Assembly (NCBI RefSeq): GCF_024521635.1
Contig: NW_026250421.1
Location: forward strand, 1 to 64,000
Origin: Tricharina praecox
Lineage: Eukaryota
Direction: 5' to 3'
Length of the DNA: 64,000 nt
The notes under the pieces were generated by a model, which worked only from the letters and a program-made list of their open reading frames with translations, had not been told where the DNA came from and did no database searches. Positions 50,510 through 61,700 of this stretch are shown piece after piece; the first letter of the stretch is position 1, and every line of letters starts with the position of its first letter. The position numbers were made by a program, and so were the translations under genes.

Positions 50510-52593
50510 GGCGGGGGAGGAGAGGGGTAGTCTTGTTTGCAATGTATGTGTGTATATATGGGGGGAACTTTTGTTGTGTAAATTCTGTTTCGATTTTTTA
50601 GGTATATCCTTTTCTTTGGCGATCCTTCTCCTGCGAGCATTCGCGTTTTTTTCAATTGCGCGGTTTTTCTTCTTCTTTTTTCTTCTTTTTTCTTCTTTTT
50701 TTCGTTTGTTTGTTTTTTATCTCTACTATTTCTCTCCTTTGATTCCCCATTCGTTCTCCTTTCTGTGTGGTGTTGCTTGCTTCCCTTCCCTTCCCTTCTG
50801 TTCGGACGCTCCTTTGTGTTACATATCAAATACCATCTCCACTGTCTCTCTCGACTCGGCTCGGCTCGTTTGGAAAGAATCGATTGATCGCCTAGGGTGC
50901 GTAATCCCTCGTGACGGATGGTAGGTAGCATACATGGAGTCGTGGACTCGACAGAGCCCGTCGAGCCGGGAAGGTTAGGATGTCCCGCACTCTGGATCCA
51001 CGACTGTCAAAATGTGGGAATAAACTCGCCGGTCGGTCGGTTGATCATGAGCAATGTCAAACATGCCGTCAAGGTTGAAATGTACCGTACACAGTGTACG
51101 TAGTGTACCATACGTAGTGGATGTAATGTAAGTGTGGTGTAAGTGTGGTGTACGTACAGTACATGTATGCCGACGATATGCGCTGGCCGTCCGTCCAGTC
51201 CAGCCAGCCGGGCGCACTCATGTATGAATCTACAGTACAGATGTATCATATGTGTATGCAGTGAGGAATGGCCCCCGTGCGGCGTGCGGCGTGCGGCGTG
51301 CGGTATGTAGAAGTAGGCTAGTACCGGTACTCCGCCGTCCATCCCATCCCTTCCCATCCCATCCCAGTGGAGCAGTATCCGGCGAGCGAGCAAGCGCGGT
51401 ACTGCACTGCACTGCACTGTGCAGTGTGCAGTGTGGAGGATTATTGTTGTTATTTTGCTTGCTTGCTTGCTGGCTTTCTTTCGTTCTTTTCGGGGCGGGC
51501 ATCCGGTTAGGTAGAGTACTCTAGAGTACCGTATGTACCCCACATGTATGTAGATAGAGTAGAGTAGAGCATCGTGCTTTCGAATGTATTGGCAGAGGAG
51601 GAGGAGAGACAGTTCCAGTTCCACATGGGGGCGGGAGGGGAGGGGGGTATGTACGGTATGTAGGAAGGCGAATCTTCAGCGGAGAAGGGATCAACGACAA
51701 ATCTACGGGACAGAGTGATTGGCCGCAGAAGCAGTCGGCGGATGGCCATGCATGTAACGTAACCTACTATATAGTGCTCTACTACGGGAACGGATGGACC
51801 TGCATACGGACGGAGAGAGCGCACAGCGTGGGGCAGCTGTGCGGAGCGGAGCTGCGGAGGGGAGGGAGGACACTGGAAGAAGCAAGACGATGGATGGATG
51901 TGTGGATGGATGTGTGCGCGTATTGCGTTGATTCCTCAGCCGCCGAGGGAATGATTTGCCTGGTGTGTGGTATGTGTGTGTGAGGGTGGGGCGGCGAATG
52001 GGTGGGTGGGTGTGTGGAACTCTTTGTTTGCCTCGAATTCGCCATTTATCATCGGTATTATTATTATTCAGGCCCGGAGCCGGACGTCACCGAGCATGCT
52101 TGCTTACTTCTTGGGGACTTCCTGCTCACTTGCTCACACCACACACACCACACACAGGCGACTGGATTATGATTGCCAAGCGATGTGTTGAATAAGCAAG
52201 CAAGCAGGCAAAAAAATCAATGTGGGCAGGAAGCCCCGACGGAAGGAAGGTAGGAGGAAGGAAGGTGGCAGCATGATGGATGGCCCATGGATGGATGGGA
52301 TGATGTATTTGTAAGTCGATGGCGACATCTCGAGTATGAAATTGTGAATACTGCTTGCGTGGGATTTTCACGAGGGGGCGGGGGGGGGGGGGGGCGAGGG
52401 GGCTCATTGGGGTTTAAGAAGGGGGTTTAAGAAGGCCGATCGAGAAGGACCGGATTGAAGGCCTCTCTCTCGTCTGCTCTGTTCCCATCCATTCGCATCT
52501 CATCTGCCTCATCGCCGTCGCCCGCCGAAGCCCGCTCCGAAGCCCGCCAAACCCTCCCGTCCCCGGTATATAGCTTCCCCAGATCAGTAGTTC

Positions 52594-52678
52594 GCCACCA
52601 CTGCCACCACCGCCACCGCTGCCACCACCGCCACCGCTGCCACCACCGCCACCGCTGCCACCACCACCACTACCACCG
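52594..52678. repeat. 18-bp minisatellite (CTGCCACCACCGCCACCG)
   Basis: Three full copies from 52601 plus partial flanking copies. Confidence 0.85.
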
Positions 52679-52933
52679 CACCGGCTTCCCGCAGGCAAGC
52701 TAGAGTAGCACCCGCGCATCTCCCATCTGCCTTTACCCTTTCCAGTGCCATCGGAAGCGTATCCAAGTAGAAGAGGAACAACGAGAACGAAAGAGACCTT
52801 GCACAATATTATTCGACTATTCTAGAGCTGCCAGCTGATCCTCAGCCCTGCGAACAAACGAAAGGACCTCCGAACGGAGTCGGAAGCGCTACCGGCAACC
52901 CCACCACCATAAAATTCAACCCGCACTCAACCG

Positions 52934-53010
52934 CCACCACCCACTCCTGCTGCCCACCACCACCCACTCCTGCTGCCCACCACCACCCACTCCTGCTGCC
53001 CACCACCACC
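52934..53010. repeat. 23-bp minisatellite (CCACCACCACCCACTCCTGCTGC)
   Basis: The core CCACTCCTGCTGC occurs at 52941, 52964 and 52987 (period 23). Confidence 0.88.
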
Positions 53011-53248
53011 TCCACCTCCACATTTACCTCCACCCCCCCTTCAACTCCGTGCTCACATAAACTCGGAAGTACAAGTATCTGCGAGTCCCGCCCACTGCTC
53101 CTCGCTAGAAAATAATTCCTCATCTTCTACTCGTTACCACCCCCACTGAGCTCGAGCATACAACCATCTGCCTCTGCCAGCTCCACCACTCCGACAAATC
53201 ACCCCCACCAACCAACAACAAGCTTTTACTCGTACTATACAGCTCGAA

Positions 53249-54681
53249 ATGACTGTCCTGCCTATCACTCCCCCCTCCGAGACCGAGCCCCGCTTCCAGA
53301 AGGACGTTCGTGGATTTGGAACTCGTGCCGTACAAGCCGGTGCCCCTCACGACCCTGTCACCGGTGCTGTGATCGAGCCTGTAAGATACCCAGATCCCTT
53401 GCCGCCGCCGCTGCACGATCGATATTTGTTTCACCACACGGAAAAATAAAAACTAATGCTCAGCCCCACAGATCTCGCTGTCCACCACCTTCGCCCAGAC
53501 ATCCCTGGGTCGTCCGATCGGTGAATATGAGTACACCCGCAGCTCGAACCCCAACCGTAACAACTTCGAACATGCCGTTGCTGCCCTTGAGAACGCCCAC
53601 TATGCTCTCGCCTTCTCTTCGGGCCTTGCCGCTATGGCCATCACGCTCCAAGCCCTCGCTTCCGGCTCGCATGTGATCTCGATCGCGGATCTGTACGGTG
53701 GCACCCATCGTTACTTTACCAAGATCGCACACACGCACGGCATCCGAGTCTCGTTTACCGGCTTGATCGAGGTCGATGTGAGACGGCTGCTCGAGGAGAA
53801 CCCAGACACGAAGCTGGTCTGGATCGAGACGCCGAGTAACCCCACACTCACTCTGGTCGACATCCAGGCCGTGGCCGAGGTCGCGCACGAGTACGGTGTT
53901 TACGTGGTCGTCGACAACACCTTCCTGAGCCCTTACGTGCAGAATCCGTTGGACCACGGTGCTGATGTGGTGCTCCACTCGGTCACCAAGTACATCAACG
54001 GACACAGTGTAAGCTTCGAACCTTAATCGACGATATGCTTCGTGTTTACTGACGGAACCGGTATAGGATGTTCTGATGGGTGTCACCGCATTCAACTCGG
54101 CTGAAATCAACGAGCGCATGAGCTTCCTCCAGAACGCCATCGGTGCAGTCCCTTCCCCCTTCGACTGCTGGCTCGCCCACCGCGGTCTCAAGACCTTGCA
54201 CCTGCGCGCCCGTGCTGCGAACGAGAGTGCAACCGCCATTGCCGCGGCGCTCCAAGCATCCCCCAACGTTCAGTCCGTCAACTACCCAGGCCTGAGCTCG
54301 CACCCCCAGCGCAAGATCGCCGTCAAGCAGCACCGCAAGGGTATGGGCGGTGGTATGCTCAGCTTCCGCATCAAGGGTGGCCGCCACGCCGCCGAGCGCT
54401 TCTGCCAAATGACCAAGATCTTCACCCTGGCCGAGAGCTTGGGTGGTGTCGAGAGTCTTTGCGAAGTCCCTGCGGCGATGACGCACGCCGGTATCCCTCG
54501 AGAGTCCCGCGAGGCTACTGGTATCTTTGACGACCTGATCCGCCTGAGTGTGGGCATCGAGGACACCGACGACCTAGTCGCCGATATTGTCCAGGCCGTC
54601 GACGCCGCCATCGAGCTAAGCTCCGATGAGACATCCTCGGGCTCTTCTACCCCATCCGATGTGGTCGAGTTGGTCGTATAG
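53249..54681 (+). CDS. CYS3: Cystathionine gamma-lyase
   Basis: GFGTRAVQAG..VIEP|ISLSTTFAQ..YEYTRSSNPNR, WIETPSNPTL, VVDNTFLSP, HSVTKYINGHS|DV (PLP lysine) and FTLAESLGGVESL. Introns at about 53381-53471 and 54009-54067. Symbol is the yeast name. Confidence 0.95.
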
Positions 54682-56439
54682 AGCGGAGCGGTGTGTGGTG
54701 TGTCGTTTGTGGTGTCTGGGGCTTGTGCTTCCGGCTTCATCCTGGTGTGCATAGCATTTGCATATATGTTTTCCCTTTGCTTCTTGAGGTGTAACGTTTG
54801 AAATGCGGGCAAAACTTTGTCTTTGTCTATAGACGTTTCGTTTGCTGGTTGTTTTTTTTCCTTTTTCTCCTTTCACTTGGACTGTTACTTTTGCTTTTGC
54901 TTTTTACATACACTGTAGTGTATGATCACGGCGTTTAATGGTGGGGATTTTTATAGTATAAGGGAGGGAATTATGTGAAATGGATTGTATTTGACTGGAA
55001 AACTTTGAACTTTGTGCTCTGCCGAAACGAATGTTACGATATGCATGCATGGCCAGGGTGTTCCCCGCAATATCGTGACGAAAGTTATGTAAGAGCAACC
55101 TGTACCCCGCAACAGGGCAGCAGGGACGGACGCTGCGCTCATGCGCTCCCCATGCAGGTGGGCTCTACGGTAGGTGGCTAGCGGGATGAAGGGATGGGGA
55201 AATGAAAAAGAAGGGAGTGATGTCAGCGATGGGGCAAAATAAATGTTGCGCGAGTGAATGCATCCGTCGGGAGTCGAACCCGAGCCAATTGCTTGGAAGG
55301 CAATTATCCTACCGTTGGACCACGGAAGCAGATGCTAACCTGGCGGAGAAAGCTGTATCAACGTGCTTTGGGGACTGCTACCAGTATCCACGGGGGAAAG
55401 GCGGCTTGCTGGACTTGTTGGATTACAGGATGCTTGCGCCCTTTCTGCTGGCGAGTTGGTTGGTTATAGTAGTGCTGGCTCGTCGTCTTGTTATCCATCC
55501 GGTTCATGGCTTGAGGTTCATCGTTCTGTTCTATTTGCTGATGGTGTTCACTGTTTGGTCATAACGACGGACACATACCGTAGTAGTCTCGTCCCCCACC
55601 CACCCCCCATAGTTTTATAGGGTTTGATGAGCGATTGCTTGCGACCTACTACCCAAGTACTAACTTACCAGTAGATCATGATAATCAGTACTCCACTTTT
55701 GCACTCACTCCGTTTCCTCATCCACTGTCCGACCCGACTTTTGCCAGGCAGTCCGTCGTGGCTTCACCCTGCCCTTCACCCTGCCCCCCTCCGCCCTGGT
55801 TTGACCAAAAATACCCTGCATGTGTTCTACTCTCCTCTAATCTATCCCGGAGCATACCAAGGAAACAAAGCTACATGCATGAGAAAAGAAAGGGTCCGCT
55901 CCGCAGCTCACACCTCCAAAGTCCGCATCGCCCCTGCCTCTTCATCGGCAGATGCCAGGAAGGAAGGAGGGGTGTGCATTTTGCGGAGGAATAGTGGGGG
56001 TGACCCCCTTCCCCCTGCTCCTCAACCGCAGCGCCATCCTCCCCCTCATCCTCTACGCCTGTCGTGTCACCCCTTCCATACCGGATGGACTACATGGTGG
56101 AAATGTGACTTCGAGTGATGCTTCATGAATATCCATAACAAATCGGCGAAGGATCGGTGATATGTACGCGAGACTTCCTCGGGCGTTGTTTTTCACGGGT
56201 TGTCTTCATATCAGCCAGTGATCAGGGCAAAGCGACGGTGTAACTTATGCGTGAGCCGCGTAGACTCCCTATCGGCCGAGCCGTATGTGTGTGTTGTATG
56301 GTGGTAATTGTACAAGATGATGATGCTACATGCCTCCCCAGCCCAGCCCGAACTCCCGCACAAATTCAGTCCCTGTAAATCCCCTCCGCCTGCGCTTCCG
56401 TGTTCAATTTTCCGTCCTCCTCCGCCCCCATCCCCGTCT

Positions 56440-57098
56440 TCACCGCACACTGATCTCCTTCTCGACCTCGGTCGTGGTAGTAGTCGACTTTTCGCTGAGC
56501 ACCTCGGAGGCGAGCGCCTTGAGCCGGCTCCGGTCGGGATTCGGCTCCTTGTACGCATACGGCCCCAGCGTCTTCTGGCTGATATCGCGCTGTTTCTCGA
56601 GTGCCTTCCAGAGCTCATTATCCCAGCTGTCGTCGCACACGTATCAGCGCCCATCCCCCGTCCCCCATCCCCATCCCCATCCCCCCCTCTCCCCCATCCA
56701 GGTTCAGGTGTAACATACGGACTCAAATCCTCCGGCTCCGCGGGGTAGACAAACGGCTTTACGAGCTCGACGGTCATCTTCTTGACAGCCCTTGGGCGCC
56801 AGTAATCGACAGCCTCGGGGCGCTCCGGCCGCGTCCGCTGCAGCTTCTGCTGCACGATGAACGAGCGCACGTTGTAAACGTCAACATCGTACACGTTCTT
56901 GAGGTAGTCCCGAAGGTCCAGCTTGTTGATGTTCAGCGGAACGACGAATTGCGCGAAGTTCGCGGGCAGGTGCGGGGTTCGCACGAGCGAGATCGTGAAA
57001 TTCGGGCTAATGGGAGGTGGGGTTAGTAGGGAGGAGGGGGAGCGGGGGGGGGGAGGGACGGAGAAGTACAGGTAGACGGCTTTGGTTCCGACGGGCAT
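56440..57098 (-). CDS. MRP20: Mitochondrial large ribosomal subunit protein uL23m
   Basis: MPVGTKAVYL|PNFTISLVR...FVVPLNINKLDLRDYLKNVYDVDVYNVRS...KKMTVEL. Introns 57069-57007 and 56718-56627. Confidence 0.9.
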
Positions 57099-58744
57099 GG
57101 TGGGCGTGGTAAGTGGGTGGTGGGTGGGATGCGTTGACCGGAGGTGTCGTTTTTTGCGGGATGCACTGCAGGGTAACGATGGTGGGTCATCGGGTGGCAC
57201 TCGGTTATGGAGTCGGCCCGGTTGGATCGGGAGGCGGGTGGTTACGTAATCATCCGTGCTACTGTGTATGGTCGGGAATGGTACACAGGAGTACCGTATG
57301 AGCTGAGTTGGGCTCACTGTTTTGGTCTTCTGGCTTGCGCAGGCCGTGGGGGAACGAATGTCTCGACTCCGGTGCATCGGTTGACGTGCCTGGGAAATCA
57401 TCAGAACAGTGTGTAGATAACTTGAGGCAACTCGCGACGATAGTACTACATAAAGGGTGTAACCCGTCGTGTTTGAGGTATGTCTCTGTGTGTTCGGCTA
57501 CGATCACGATTTGTGACATCGCCGTCTCACGCATGCGCAACCAAAGCGTTGGGGGGTGGGTCGACATGACTCTTCAGAGCCATGGTTGACCACGGAGGGG
57601 AGAGCGGAGGCTGAAAGGTGAAACCATGCGATATCGGTCTGTACCGAAATCACTCTATTCCCCTGATAGCTGCCATGAACTCCACTCTACTCTAGAATCC
57701 AGATACGTCAAGCAGCCAAGAGCGGCACATGGAGCTTCGATTAAGATGGGCGCACACGTTTGATTGGAGGCCGGCGTCGAATGGCGGGCCCATCCTGCAG
57801 CCCAGCGACGCATCGAGCAAGCGATTGCTTCCCCTCCACTTTAGAGTAGATCTCGTCCCGCACATTAATCATTAATGTTCCAGCCTCCCGCACGCCCCGT
57901 CCGCTCGCTTGCTCACTAGACGTCTGCTGCGGCTCCTTTCCTTGCCATCGCCGCCTTCCAGCGCCTTCCGTTCCATTTGTTTGTTTGTTTGTTTGTCTGC
58001 GGTTTGTTTCGGGATAGAGCGTGAGCGGCGCTGCATTCAGCAGAGTCATCGCCTGTGATTCCGAGTAACTCCACCTTTCAATATCCACGCTAAGCCCAAA
58101 GTTCCAGCGTCTGAGCCGTGCGGCAACCAACCTCACGCACTCCACATCTCCTCACCCGACATACGTCAGATCGTCCAGCTCTCTCCCCCCAACCTCCCAC
58201 TTCCCACAAACTCCACGGTCCCCACCCAATACACACAACTCACACGCACCCAAACGAATCCTCCGTAATAGCGTCGTCCTGTTAGGAGTACAGCACACGA
58301 GCACCCATCCAGCAGACCTGGCGGTTACGTCCAAAGTACCTCCATAGGTACGTCTCCTGCTTCTCCGTATCTCCAATAGCCCCCATCGGATCCGTCTGTC
58401 GACGCCGGCAGGAGGGTGGTACTGTGTGTCGGCGAGGGGGAGAGTTTGCGGCGATGGCGAGGGGCGGCGATGCGCGTGACAGCAGCAGCAGCAGCTCCAC
58501 ACGGGCTGAGCTGGGGTCCTAATCCCCGCCGCCGCTTGTGTGCTCTCTCCCGATCATCCCGCTTCCCCACCGAAAGATCCTGCAGGACTCCCCCAATCCC
58601 TCCCTCCCACACTTCCACCTTTCGCGCCTTATTGCCATCTCTCACTCTCTGTTCTCTCACTCACTCTCTTTCTCTCTCTTTCGACTTAGCAGATCACTGA
58701 CCTTGCGCTCATCCGCGCGCCAATCGACAGAACCGAAGATTGTT

Positions 58745-61700
58745 ATGGCAGATTCGCATACTACTCGAAATGTGGAAAGCCCTCTAGTGTGGTCGGTTGT
58801 CGATCCCTCGACGACCGGTGTTGATGCAAGCAAGTCTACAAGCACCTCCGACGCCCCTGGCGACAGCCCTTCAAACACCACAGCTTCGCCGAATACCAAT
58901 CCTACCACGAGCACGACCACCGATTCGTCGAACCCAGAGATCCGTAAAAACGATGGACAAACAGAGACTGGGGGAGTGGTGGATGAGATGGTGAGCACGG
59001 GCGACGCGCATTGCACTTTGTGGTGGAGGAGGGGTTGGTGCTGACCAGATTCGTGAAGGGCGGAAATCTCGACAGCAAGGACGGTGCGCGATCCGGTGAA
59101 GTGGGAAGTGATGTCGACAGATCGGGCAGTGCTTCGCCGACGAAGTCAGATCGCAAACTGGCCACGAAGAAGCTCTCGTTCAAGCCGGTTTCGCTCAACA
59201 GGGCGTTTTTGGGGGATGCGCCAGCGACGACCGCTGCGCCAGCTTCAATGAGTTCTGCACTCCAGTCGAAAGGTACAGTAGAACTCCCGATTATCACGTC
59301 CGGAGCGATTGTGTTGACACTGCTTCGTAGGAACCGGATTGAGCACGGGCCTGTCCCTGGCCGCACCACGACCCATTGCTACATCTAAGCTGAAGCTCAC
59401 GCGGAGCGGCAGTTCCTCGCAAACCTCCAGACCAACCTTAGGATCAGGAGGCATTGGTTCAGGTGGTGGCAACTCTCAGCCGGTCTGGAACAAGAATCAA
59501 CGTATGTGAACGCTTGCGCTCTGTATTTCTGCGGTCCGCGGAAGAGACTGACATGAAATAGCTACACCTCCGCCTCCAAAGAAGGAGTTCACCGATGAAG
59601 AGCTCAGCAAGAAGTACGGAATCCATTTGGCTTCGAGACTTGGCTCCGACGACACGACAAACAAAGAGGCGAAATGGGCAGATATTGACGACGATGACGA
59701 TGACTGGGTCCCCACAACGATCGAATGGAACGACGGCATGAAGGCTACCATTCCAGATGCACCTCCTGCCGTACCGACACCGGAGCCAGTAGGGGAGCCA
59801 GCCAAGGAACCGGTGAAACCACCAGCGAAAGAGCCAGCCAAGGAACCGATCAAAGATGCAATTAGAGAGCTGGTGAAGAATGCCCTCCAGCCGCAATCGT
59901 CATCTGGCAAGCCATCAGCTCCCGCTCCGACCAAAGAGCTGTTGACTCTGAGCTCGTCGGGACACAAGACGCTCGTTACCCAGAAGCCCGGCACCAAAAC
60001 GTTGCAGACTACCCCAGTTCCACCCACTGTTCGGCAATCACCATGGGCAAAGCTGCCGCCTATCAATCCGGCACCACCTGTTCAAGTTAGCCCAACTTTA
60101 AACTCGCGTCGTCCTCTGGATAATGCGTCCCATCGTGTGGAACGAGAGCCACCTGTGGTCAGGGAGGTCTCTGCAGAAGTCTACGATCGCTCATGGCGTG
60201 ACAGGAATGGCGCTCAAGGCAACAGAGAACTCTTCAATTCACAGACCGGCAAGATGGAGCCCGTTCCGGATGATCGTAGGCCCGCCCATTCGCCGGTTCC
60301 CAAGCCAGCAGTACTTCAGAGGCCAGCAGGACCGCCTCAACAATCAGGAGGGCCTGCTGAACCATCTGCCGCTTTCCAGACTGGGCGCAGTAGCCATCGC
60401 CCCGACGACTTTAGACGTAGAAGGACTTCATCTAACGTAAGTGGGGGCAGCGGAAGCGTTGGCCGCAGACTTTCATTCACACGCTTTGCGGGTGGTGATC
60501 CGCCGACACCGGACGACATGGGGTTTGCCCGCGATAGGCCCATGTACAGTAATCCGTTCGATGAACATGGACCTCCGCAGCGGCAGTATGGTGGTTACGG
60601 ATCCCATCACATCCAGCCTCCGTTCCACCAGGGGCACAAGGAAATCTCACCGACCATTACAAACGCCTCGCCAGTGCCACGATTAGTTGTTCCCCACAGC
60701 CCAGTCCCTGTTCCCCCGCAAGAGGAACCGGAAGCCCAGCCGCAAGTACAGCCCGAGACGCAGCCACAGCCACCTCAAATCCCAGAAGAGTCCGCGGAAG
60801 ATCTGCTCGCTAAGCAAGAGCGTGTCATGAGGGAAGCACGCGAAATGGCGCGGAAACGGAAAAAGGAAGAGGAAGAGAGAGAAGAGGCTGCGAAGAAGGA
60901 GCGACTACGGGTTAAGCTTGAGGCGTTAGAACGGTTAGATAACGAGAAAGAAGCTGCTCGTAAGGCTGAGGAAGAGCGAGAGCGAATCGCTAAGCAGAAG
61001 CAAGAGGCGGAAGAAGCCGAAAGGCGGCTTGCCGAAGAGCGAGAGAAGGCGCTAGTGCGGGAGCGGGAGAGCGCCAAGGCAACTGCCGAAGCTGAAGCTC
61101 AATTGCAGTCGAGACAGCACCAGACGGCAAGCTCGCGCAACGACCCCTCACATTCCATAGTGCCTAGCGAGCGGTCAAACTTTGCCGAGAGGTACGTTCG
61201 GCGGCCTAGCTTTGCCCGCTCTGCAGCACATACTTCAACCTCATCTCCTAGCTCCCTTCTCTCCCAACCTCAACCAACTCAACCCTCATCCACAAACCCT
61301 ACTTCTTACCTTTCCTCTTCTACAACCACCACTTCCTACCTTCCCTCTTCCACAACCTCTACATCCTACCTTCCATCCTCCACAACCACAAGTTCCTACC
61401 TTCCATCCTCCACAAACACTACTTCCCACCTTCATACTTCGACCTATCGTCCACCTCATCTATCCCCTCACTCTCCTACCTTGTCCAACATGTCTCCAAG
61501 CTCTCTCAACGAGAATCCCGTCGGAAAGCGCAACAACAGTATCGGCAGCAACAACTCTGGAAACAACTTCCCTGGAAGTAACAGCGGCTACCCAAACAAC
61601 AATCGCAACCCTACCTGGAAGAGCGGTGCGACTAATCCGAGAGGCAACAACAACACTCAGTGGGGCTCGTCTCAATCTTCTAGCCCTTGGGGCGCAGTTG

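Noticed and set aside
52319..52328. ATGGCGACAT, near the Neurospora CYS-3/MetR site ATGRYRYCAT, upstream of cystathionine gamma-lyase
   Set aside because: One mismatch, a single copy and about 930 bp from the ATG, so not distinguishable from chance.
52594..53010. Direct repeats as a possible CRISPR-like array
   Set aside because: The repeats are head-to-tail without unique spacers, the context is eukaryotic, and there are no cas genes.
54900..56200. Several 60-146 aa ORFs between CYS3 and MRP20
   Set aside because: No recognisable motifs and no consistent exon chain could be traced.
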